Positions 45,298 to 52,226 of a stretch of DNA of 54,717 nucleotides are shown here, in pieces. Source of the stretch: a virus. Lineage: Duplodnaviria > Caudoviricetes. A model generated the notes under the pieces. That model made no database searches and was not told the origin of the DNA. It saw only the letters and a program-made list of their open reading frames with translations. The position numbers and the translations under genes were made by a program. The stretch is taken from IMG/VR virus record IMGVR_UViG_3300043570_000565, positions 1 to 54,717 of that record, one strand, 5' to 3'. Every line of letters starts with the position of its first letter. The first letter of the stretch is position 1.

Positions 45298-45527
45298 GTA
45301 AAACATATTTTACAAATGAGTGAGATATCATTCATTGTGGTTTACATTATGCGTAAATGTAGTAGATATACTACTATATTACGGCACTCTTTACCATAAG
45401 CTGCCAAATGTCTCCATTTTGTCTACATTTGGAGACTAATGTTGTCGATTTTTGGGACGAATATTTGTAAAATTGTGACAACCAATTCGGATAATTTCCG
45501 AATAACAACCTATAAGTTCACAGGTTG
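45298..45527. repeat. Array of diverse short inverted repeats
   Basis: At least 8 different 16-27 bp palindromes packed back-to-back in a non-coding convergent gap. Confidence 0.8.
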
Positions 45528-45544
45528 GGAACTTTTGTTAACCT

Positions 45545-46081
45545 TTAGAATAACTTTTTGCTTACACCTATCTGGTGAATATTCTGTAGTGGCTGGTACT
45601 GGTACTCAAAGATGTACTTGTTGTCCAGGTAGGCTACTGCTGCGCCTGGTTGTAACAGAGAGTTCACCGTTGCGCCTAGATATAATCCTTTGCTCTTCTT
45701 TATAATTGTCTTAGTCTCTGTGTTCGTAACCGTGTTGGTTACCACAGGTATTTTAAAATCGTTCGTAACGCTCATTTTAAGTACCTCTCCGAGGACTTCT
45801 CCACTAACGTAGGTGTTACCATACTCGAAAGGAGTCGTGGTGCTGAACAAGCTTATAGTAGGCTTATATTCTTCTAGGACTGTATCCCTAACAAACTGTG
45901 ATTTTATCCACATTTTCGGCACATAAACTGTGTCCTTGACCTCGATAATCAAAGTGTCCGTATTTGTCACGCTTTCAAACTTGTATACCGTTTCCGATTC
46001 AGGCTTTGGCATTATAAGAAATGCTAAAATGATTCCTGCTATAAAAGAAATGATCGATGTAAGTATTCTCTTGTCTTCCAT
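45545..46081 (-). CDS. Membrane-anchored protein, possibly spanin-like
   Basis: N-terminal TM helix, DTL/DTVY/DTV motifs and a beta-rich C-terminus. Confidence 0.45.
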   Translation of the reverse strand: MEDKRILTSIISFIAGIILAFLIMPKPESETVYKFESVTNTDTLIIEVKDTVYVPKMWIKSQFVRDTVLEEYKPTISLFSTTTPFEYGNTYVSGEVLGEVLKMSVTNDFKIPVVTNTVTNTETKTIIKKSKGLYLGATVNSLLQPGAAVAYLDNKYIFEYQYQPLQNIHQIGVSKKLF

Positions 46082-46302
46082 TATTGTTCGATAAAAAGGT
46101 TATCCTGTTCTAATATTTTTCTTAACTCCTTGCGGCAGTAGTCATACGCTTTGTAGGTCTCATCAGATAACTCCTTGTACTTCATTTCAGAACGAAGTAA
46201 TTGGTCAAAGTCCCAGATGGCACTTTTGTAGTTATGCCCGTTAATAGCTGCTTGAAAATCTGTGTTATCTTCAGGCAAATCAAATTCTAGTATTGCTTTC
46301 AT
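46081..46302 (-). CDS. Conserved small phage protein
   Basis: MKAILEFDLPED...LRSEMKY pattern. Confidence 0.6.
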   Translation of the reverse strand: MKAILEFDLPEDNTDFQAAINGHNYKSAIWDFDQLLRSEMKYKELSDETYKAYDYCRKELRKILEQDNLFIEQ

Positions 46303-47180
46303 AGGGGAAATTTACAACTGTCTACTAATAATTCGTAACTTCTAAAGTCTTTTTTGTGTGTGTCCTTACCATATAGGTTAAGTATCCTTCCACCAATAGG
46401 TTTTATAGGAGCTCCTCGTTCAATATGCCAACCAAAGGCTCCATCTTGGTACTCTTCCTTATAACTTCCTGTTATAGCTAGGTGAATCTGCTTGTGAACT
46501 ATCTCGTGTACATGCTTACCAGGGTTAAACTGGATAGTATCACGTACATCGTTACGACTAGAGTTCTCATGTATGTGTCCCATGATGAATATGTCCATGT
46601 TCTCGTACATTTCTAGGGCTCTTGTCAAATTTATAGCTCCCTTTGTAACTATTCCACCCCCACCACTACCATGAAAGTACTTTAAATTTTTTGACAGTAT
46701 AGTGTTGGCGTGTATTTTATACTTAATCACTAACCATCCCCCATATCCACCAGTATAAACATCAGTCTTGTTGGTATAGTTTAGCAAGTCAACGAATCTT
46801 TGTAGAGGATCAGTCTCTAGATTCTTAATGATTGCTGTCTCGTGGTTGCCATATCCAATAACTGTTAGCAGATTAGCGTAAGGAGACCAATAATCTACTG
46901 CATCTTCAATAACAGCGTCTATATAATTTGCTTTATTGTGTTCAGGCAAAATATCTTTCTTGTTTCTTCTTGGATCATACTTGCCCTGCATCAAGCAGAA
47001 GAAATCACCATTGATTAAGATTGGGATATCATTTTTTTTGCAGTACTCTAGGTGATCTTTTAGTTTATTTCTATCGCATTTTGGGTTGTCCCAGTGAATG
47101 TCTGATAGTAGAGCTATTTTTGTCTCTGATTTCTCTAGATCAATGACGTGAACATTTCTGCTAACCTTTTTTAGATTCAT
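46299..47180 (-). CDS. Calcineurin-like metallophosphoesterase
   Basis: SDIH, NGD, GNHE, HG and GHIH motifs. Confidence 0.85.
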   Translation of the reverse strand: MNLKKVSRNVHVIDLEKSETKIALLSDIHWDNPKCDRNKLKDHLEYCKKNDIPILINGDFFCLMQGKYDPRRNKKDILPEHNKANYIDAVIEDAVDYWSPYANLLTVIGYGNHETAIIKNLETDPLQRFVDLLNYTNKTDVYTGGYGGWLVIKYKIHANTILSKNLKYFHGSGGGGIVTKGAINLTRALEMYENMDIFIMGHIHENSSRNDVRDTIQFNPGKHVHEIVHKQIHLAITGSYKEEYQDGAFGWHIERGAPIKPIGGRILNLYGKDTHKKDFRSYELLVDSCKFPL

Positions 47181-47266
47181 CAGAAGCTTATTTGTTGTCC
47201 ATAAAGTTACTATTATTTTTTATTTTTCAAATTCGTTTATTATATTGGCAACACAAAAATAATCTT

Positions 47267-47371
47267 ATGGCACTAAACGAAAGGGATTATCGGAACTTCA
47301 TAGATGGGCTTCTGATAGGGGTTGTATTTGGGGTAGTTGTTTCCAGTATTTTGTTTCTGGTCTTTACATAA
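47267..47371 (+). CDS. 34-aa single-TM peptide
   Basis: MALNERDYRNFIDGLLIGVVFGVVVSSILFLVFT. Confidence 0.45.
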   Translation: MALNERDYRNFIDGLLIGVVFGVVVSSILFLVFT

Positions 47372-47372
47372 C

Positions 47373-47380
47373 TATCTTTG
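47373..47380 (+). promoter_or_regulatory. -7 box (TATCTTTG), groES
   Basis: Matches TAnnTTTG, 4 nt before the ATG. Confidence 0.65.
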
Positions 47381-47384
47381 TAGT

Positions 47385-47642
47385 ATGAAAGCTATAGGAA
47401 AAAATATTGTAATCAAATCAATTGACGAGGAAGTAAAGACTTCTTCAGGATTAGTCCTATCTGGTGAGGATACCAACCAATTACGCTACAAGCGTGGAGT
47501 AGTAATCAACTCAGGGACAGAGGTAAGTGCAATCAAGCCAGGAGACAACGTGTACTACGACAAGGCTAACAGCTATGTGATGATCATCAATGATGAGCAC
47601 TGCGTAATTATTCAGGAACGTGACGTAGTTCTTGTCCTGTGA
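47385..47642 (+). CDS. groES: Co-chaperonin GroES
   Basis: KTSSGLVL mobile loop, GVVINSG, IKPGDNVYY and IIQERDVVLVL; start ATG at 47385. Confidence 0.9.
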   Translation: MKAIGKNIVIKSIDEEVKTSSGLVLSGEDTNQLRYKRGVVINSGTEVSAIKPGDNVYYDKANSYVMIINDEHCVIIQERDVVLVL

Positions 47643-48084
47643 GTCTATTCTCCTTTAGTTCCTGATTCATAGTAATAATCATGTTCCTGTAGACTTTGTC
47701 CGAGAACCTTACGTTCTTCTTGAACATTGGGTTGTTGCACATTGTCTCAGGAATCTCTTCTCCCTCTAACTTTTTGTAGATTGAGTTAACCATTCTCTTT
47801 GCTTTATAGGATAGTGAGTACAATGCCTTAGACCTCATGGCAGGTCTACCCTTCTGTCTGCTAGAAAACAGTTCAATCCATCCTTCTTTAATTAATCTGT
47901 AGAACCTCTGCTTATCCCAGGCAAATATCTTTTCGTATTGCTTGAATGTGGTGATGTTGAAGTAGCGTTCTGAGTATAGGTACAGCAGCATGTCTAGATC
48001 TGCTTGGCTGAGATTGTGCCTTACCTTGAAGTATTCACGGATTACTTTCCAGAATTTAAGGTAGTCTCTTTTATTTGATTTCAT
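47608..48084 (-). CDS. Putative winged-helix DNA-binding protein
   Basis: LSQADLDMLLYL...RLIKEGWIE...LYSLSYKA pattern is MarR/wHTH-like; basic protein. Confidence 0.45.
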   Translation of the reverse strand: MKSNKRDYLKFWKVIREYFKVRHNLSQADLDMLLYLYSERYFNITTFKQYEKIFAWDKQRFYRLIKEGWIELFSSRQKGRPAMRSKALYSLSYKAKRMVNSIYKKLEGEEIPETMCNNPMFKKNVRFSDKVYRNMIITMNQELKENRLTGQELRHVPE

Positions 48085-48093
48085 TTTTATTAT

Positions 48094-48101
48094 TACATTT
48101 G
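48094..48101 (+). promoter_or_regulatory. -7 box (TACATTTG), small basic protein cluster
   Basis: Matches TAnnTTTG. Confidence 0.6.
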
Positions 48102-48190
48102 TAAACAAAGGTACCACATTTAAACAACAAGAATATGCAACCTTGCACTCAAAAAGTTAAATCCGCAACCTCTTACAAACCAAAGAAAAA

Positions 48191-48331
48191 ATGAAGGGAG
48201 ATCAAATGATGGCTATGGGTATGCCCAAAGCCGCTGTCCTATCTGGACCAAAGAAAGCAATGGCTAAGAAAGCTGTTAAAGCAGTAGCCAAGAAGATGGT
48301 AAAAAAAGCTGTCGCTAAGAAAAAGTATTAA
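48191..48331 (+). CDS. 46-aa Lys/Ala-rich histone H1-like peptide
   Basis: ...PKKAMAKKAVKAVAKKMVKKAVAKKKY; TAATG overlap with the next gene. Confidence 0.6.
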   Translation: MKGDQMMAMGMPKAAVLSGPKKAMAKKAVKAVAKKMVKKAVAKKKY

Positions 48332-48621
48332 TGGCTGAGAAGTCTACAATGAAATGTAACCGTGTCGTTGCTTCTGACAGGCCCGGCAAGAAGAGGATGG
48401 TAAAGGCTTGTGCTAATGGACAAGAGAAGCTAATTCACTTTGGTGCCGAGGGGTATGGTCATAACTATTCAGCAGCGGCACGGTCTTCATTTAAGGCTCG
48501 TCACAAATGTGACAGTGCTACAGATAAATTATCTGCTAAGTACTGGGCATGTAAGAACTTATGGGCAGGTCCTGGAGGATCTACCAAATCATCACCTAAG
48601 AGCAAGAGAGGGAAGTACTGA
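48331..48621 (+). CDS. Basic protein, DUF5754-like
   Basis: KK...IHFGAEGY...FKARH...SAKYWACKNLW. Confidence 0.55.
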   Translation: MAEKSTMKCNRVVASDRPGKKRMVKACANGQEKLIHFGAEGYGHNYSAAARSSFKARHKCDSATDKLSAKYWACKNLWAGPGGSTKSSPKSKRGKY

Positions 48622-48956
48622 TGAAAGACTCTTGCTACAAAAAGGTAAAGGCATCGTATGATGTGTTCCCTTCTGCTAGGGCATCCCAGGCTATTGCTAA
48701 ATGTCGTAAGGCATCTGGCAATGTCGTTAAGTCTGAGAAGGGCTCTAGTCTAAAAAGATGGGAGAAAGAGAAGTGGCAGGACACCAAGAGTGGTAAAGCC
48801 TGTGGCGCAGGTGGACGTAATGAGTACTGCCGACCAACATTGAGAGTATCAGAAGAGACACCAAAGACTAAGAGTGAAATAAGTCCATCAAAACTTTCTG
48901 CTAAAAAATTAGAGAAGGCTAGAGTTGGTATGGGCAAAAGAATTTCCAAAGTTTAA
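48621..48956 (+). CDS. Basic Cys-containing protein, DUF5872-like
   Basis: FPSARAS...LKRWEKEKW...CG...YCRP. Confidence 0.5.
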   Translation: MKDSCYKKVKASYDVFPSARASQAIAKCRKASGNVVKSEKGSSLKRWEKEKWQDTKSGKACGAGGRNEYCRPTLRVSEETPKTKSEISPSKLSAKKLEKARVGMGKRISKV

Positions 48957-48957
48957 C

Positions 48958-48965
48958 TATATTTG
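48958..48965 (+). promoter_or_regulatory. -7 box (TATATTTG)
   Basis: Matches TAnnTTTG. Confidence 0.65.
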
Positions 48966-48988
48966 TTCATCATTAAAAATCAAATCAA

Positions 48989-49390
48989 ATGGCACAGAAA
49001 GTATTAAAGACAAACGCTGAATTGCTAGAGCTAGTTAGAGCGTTAAATGTAACACCTACTGAGAAAGGTAGTAAGGCAGAGGCTAAGCTCAAGAAGATTG
49101 TAGACAAGATTAAGCCTCTATTTGAGCAGTACAATGAGAAGAGAGAAGACATTCGTCTTGACCACGCTCATACTGAATCGAATGGTGTACTAGAGTTGAA
49201 TGAGAAGGGTGAATACAAGTTTACCAAGGAAGGAATCAAGGCTATGTCCAAGGACATGAAAGCATTACTTGATGAATCGTTTGAGTTCTATCAGTTTACT
49301 TTCTCAAGTGAGGGTATTGAGGACTTTAAGTTCTTAGCAGGATGGGTTGAAAGTATTGAGGCCGAGCAATCTGCTGAAGAAGTTGAATAA
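48989..49390 (+). CDS. Hypothetical helical protein (possible tail-fibre chaperone)
   Basis: 133 aa; own TAnnTTTG promoter; biased codon usage. Confidence 0.6.
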   Translation: MAQKVLKTNAELLELVRALNVTPTEKGSKAEAKLKKIVDKIKPLFEQYNEKREDIRLDHAHTESNGVLELNEKGEYKFTKEGIKAMSKDMKALLDESFEFYQFTFSSEGIEDFKFLAGWVESIEAEQSAEEVE

Positions 49391-49460
49391 ATTATTCATC
49401 TAAATCATAAAGAGCGGCATCAGTCTTAATTGGTTGGTGCCATTCTTTCTTATAAAGACT

Positions 49461-49619
49461 ATGAAAAGCAAAGGACTAGGAGATACTATTGAAAAAGTAA
49501 CTACAGCTACTGGGATCAAGAAGGTAGTTGAAACTGTTGCTAAGGCCGCAGGCAAAGATTGTGGCTGTGGAAAAAGAAAAGATGCACTTAACCGTGCTTT
49601 CCCATATAACGAAGATTAA
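49461..49619 (+). CDS. Conserved small phage protein
   Basis: GLGDTIEK...GIKK...DCGCGKRKDALN. Confidence 0.65.
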   Translation: MKSKGLGDTIEKVTTATGIKKVVETVAKAAGKDCGCGKRKDALNRAFPYNED

Positions 49620-49630
49620 TTAATAAGATC

Positions 49631-49888
49631 ATGGCATATCAAAAATTACAACAATCAAGAGCGGCAGTAGTAACGAAGAGCGATACTGTTGACATTCCAA
49701 ATCCAGGAAATGGAGAGGTAACAGGATGTATATTGTACGTAGGTACCGGAGGAATCCTTCGAGTGCTAACAGCAGGGGGAGATGACATTACATTCCAGAA
49801 TGTACCAAATGCATTTGTTACTAGCTTTCAAGTAGTTAGAGTATTTGCTTCTACTACAACAGCTTTAAACATTGTAGCTCTCTGGTAA
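49631..49888 (+). CDS. Head spike base protein (Rcc01079-like)
   Basis: AAVVTKSD...LYVGTGG...VVRVFASTTTALNIVALW. Confidence 0.65.
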   Translation: MAYQKLQQSRAAVVTKSDTVDIPNPGNGEVTGCILYVGTGGILRVLTAGGDDITFQNVPNAFVTSFQVVRVFASTTTALNIVALW

Positions 49889-50173
49889 ATGAATCCTCAC
49901 GAGAATAGTAGGCTTGATTATATGGCAGCAGAATTGGATGCGTTAAAGAATGACGTGTCTGAAGTGAAAGCTATAGTTAAAGATATGCACACGTTGCTTT
50001 CAGGTAATCCCATTGACAAGGACTCTAATGGAATGATTGGAGACTTGAGGACAATGAAGAAAGAAGTTTACGAATTGAAGTCTGAATTAAAGAAATACAA
50101 GAATTATTTTTATGCGCTTGTCACACTTGTTGGATTGGGGGCATTAAAAGTTATTGTTGAAATATTGAAGTAG
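49889..50173 (+). CDS. Coiled-coil plus C-terminal TM protein (possible holin/lysis accessory)
   Basis: Two heptad stretches followed by a single hydrophobic helix. Confidence 0.45.
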   Translation: MNPHENSRLDYMAAELDALKNDVSEVKAIVKDMHTLLSGNPIDKDSNGMIGDLRTMKKEVYELKSELKKYKNYFYALVTLVGLGALKVIVEILK

Positions 50174-50175
50174 TA

Positions 50176-50634
50176 ATGAACCAAGGCTTAAAGATAATAA
50201 GTAAGTCTCCAAGTTTTAAAAAAATTGACATGGGAGATTACATCCTTGTAATAGGCAAGGATGCTACTGATATATTTAAGTTTTACAATGTAGAAGAAAT
50301 GCATGGGCTAAATTTAAAAGATGCTCAAGCAGAAGAGGTTGACAAGACAAAAGGTAACGGAGTCTACATCTATGGTCTTACAAACTATGATCCAGATGAT
50401 AAAAAACTTACAGCAAAAAATCCATACAAGCCTTTTATTTTCTTGAATATGGGTGCGTTTAAGAGATACAGTGCTGATGAGCAGAAGACAGCTATTATGC
50501 ATGAGACTATGCATCTAGCTATTTTGCTTAACAACTGGGACATAAAAGATAAAGAAGAAGAGGCAATAACTTTTGCTGAAGATGAGGCTAATAAAATTAT
50601 AAAAAAACTTAAAACTCTAGCTCTTATAAAGTAA
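50176..50634 (+). CDS. Zincin-like metalloprotease-motif protein
   Basis: IMHETMHL (HExxH) with downstream EEEA. Confidence 0.55.
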   Translation: MNQGLKIISKSPSFKKIDMGDYILVIGKDATDIFKFYNVEEMHGLNLKDAQAEEVDKTKGNGVYIYGLTNYDPDDKKLTAKNPYKPFIFLNMGAFKRYSADEQKTAIMHETMHLAILLNNWDIKDKEEEAITFAEDEANKIIKKLKTLALIK

Positions 50635-50771
50635 TGGCAAAGGCTAAGATTTCAATCGCAAACACATACGTCAAGAAGTCTAACAGTAAAGGCGTAGCTG
50701 CCAAGACCAAGACTAGTACAAGTAAAGGAAGTATTCTTTATAAGAAGCCATATAAAGGCCAAGGACGATGA
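50634..50771 (+). CDS. 45-aa basic peptide ending YKGQGR
   Basis: MAKAKIS...KKPYKGQGR; overlaps both neighbours. Confidence 0.6.
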   Translation: MAKAKISIANTYVKKSNSKGVAAKTKTSTSKGSILYKKPYKGQGR

Positions 50772-50992
50772 AAAAATTATTTGATTGGTTAAAAGGCTTC
50801 TTGTCTGAAAATGGAGAAGCATCTTCTAAAAGATTTGTTGGAGTATTTGCTGCAATAGCTTTGTGCTATACGCTTTATGCCAACCATGATTCGGCTAACG
50901 AACCATCAGAAGCTTTAGTTTATTCGGTTGCTGCTTTATCTGCTGCTGCTTTAGGTATTACGGCAGCTGAGAAGATATTCAAGAAGGAATGA
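50768..50992 (+). CDS. Holin-like 2-TM protein
   Basis: 74 aa; SSKR motif, two hydrophobic helices and a charged C-terminus; upstream of the endolysin. Confidence 0.6.
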   Translation: MKKLFDWLKGFLSENGEASSKRFVGVFAAIALCYTLYANHDSANEPSEALVYSVAALSAAALGITAAEKIFKKE

Positions 50993-51741
50993 AGAACTTA
51001 AGCAAGGAGGAACTACTAAGTCGAATGGAGGCAATTAATCGTAGCAATGCGATTATTTACTTTGACTTAAATGGTTTTATCCTTGGAGTAAACGCTATCT
51101 TCTTAGAGGCTATGGGCTTGGGTGAAGATGAGCACGATAAACTTATTGGAAAGCATCATTCGATTTTTGTTAGCTACGAGTATTCTAAGTCTGAAGACTA
51201 CACAAAGTTCTGGGAAACGCTTAGGGCTGGAAAATTTTACGAAGGTGAATTTGAAAGAAGAAAGATAGATGGTAGCCCTATTTATTTGCAGGCTACATAC
51301 AATCCTATCTTTGACGAAAGCGGTACTATCACTAAGATAATGAAGATAGCTACCGATATTAGCCAAACTATTGTAAGTAAAAATAAGATTGGTGAACTAT
51401 CTAAAAGTTTGCAGGCTGAGTTAGAAAACTCAAATAAGTTAAGGGCAGCGATTGAGATTGAAAAGGATGCAGCAGTTAATGACTTGGATGCAACAATTAA
51501 GAAAAGTCAAAACGAACTGATTAAGGTAATTGTAAAGTCTGCCTTATTCGTGATTATGTCGGTAGGGTTTATTACTACTATCATGTACTCGTTTGCTATT
51601 CTTTCGAATAAGGATACGCAAATCATTGGATCTACTTGGTCAAATATGTTTTCGGTTTTATTGACGAATGCCTTCTCTATTGTCGGCACAATCATGGGAA
51701 TTAAATACGCAACTTCAGAAGATAAAAAAAATAAGGAATGA
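50989..51741 (+). CDS. PAS/PAC-domain, coiled-coil, 2-TM protein
   Basis: AINRSNAIIYFDLNG...GKHHSIFV...FWETLRAG...EFERRKIDG...ATYNPIFDESG...KIATDI matches the BdlA/MCP-type PAS consensus; two C-terminal TM helices. Confidence 0.85.
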   Translation: MKNLSKEELLSRMEAINRSNAIIYFDLNGFILGVNAIFLEAMGLGEDEHDKLIGKHHSIFVSYEYSKSEDYTKFWETLRAGKFYEGEFERRKIDGSPIYLQATYNPIFDESGTITKIMKIATDISQTIVSKNKIGELSKSLQAELENSNKLRAAIEIEKDAAVNDLDATIKKSQNELIKVIVKSALFVIMSVGFITTIMYSFAILSNKDTQIIGSTWSNMFSVLLTNAFSIVGTIMGIKYATSEDKKNKE

Positions 51742-52199
51742 AAATTAGTCAACACTTAAATCTATCAGAGCTCACTAGAAGTGACTCTGCAAAGCGTCAC
51801 GGCATTGACAACACTCCTACTGCTGAGCATTTAGAGAACTTTAAGTTACTAGCGGAGAAAGTATTTGAGCCTATCCGCGCACACTTTGGAGTTCCTATTC
51901 ATATCAGCTCTGGGTACAGGTCAGAGGCTCTCAATAAATTCATTAAGGGAAGTGCATCCAGCCAGCATTGTAAGGGCGAAGCGATTGACATCGACATGGA
52001 TGGCAGTAGTAGTGGGGTTACTAACAAGATGGTCTTTGACTTTATTGTTGCTAACCTTGATTGGGACCAGATTATATGGGAGTTTGGAACTGACTTTAAT
52101 CCAGACTGGGTACACGTATCATATACTAAAGGCAAGAACAGAAAGCAAAAGTTAAAAGCTGTGCGTACGAATGGTAAGACTTCTTACCTTAATCTTTAG
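51738..52199 (+). CDS. Endolysin, peptidase M15A family
   Basis: SSGYRS, SQH-x6-D and WVHVSY motifs. Confidence 0.9.
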   Translation: MKISQHLNLSELTRSDSAKRHGIDNTPTAEHLENFKLLAEKVFEPIRAHFGVPIHISSGYRSEALNKFIKGSASSQHCKGEAIDIDMDGSSSGVTNKMVFDFIVANLDWDQIIWEFGTDFNPDWVHVSYTKGKNRKQKLKAVRTNGKTSYLNL

Positions 52200-52207
52200 T
52201 ATATTTG
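52200..52207 (+). promoter_or_regulatory. -7 box (TATATTTG), tail fibre
   Basis: Matches TAnnTTTG directly after the endolysin stop. Confidence 0.65.
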
Positions 52208-52226
52208 TTCAATTACTTAATAGCAA

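Noticed and set aside
45298-45527. CRISPR array or mini-array
   Set aside because: No repeated unit; every palindrome has a different sequence.
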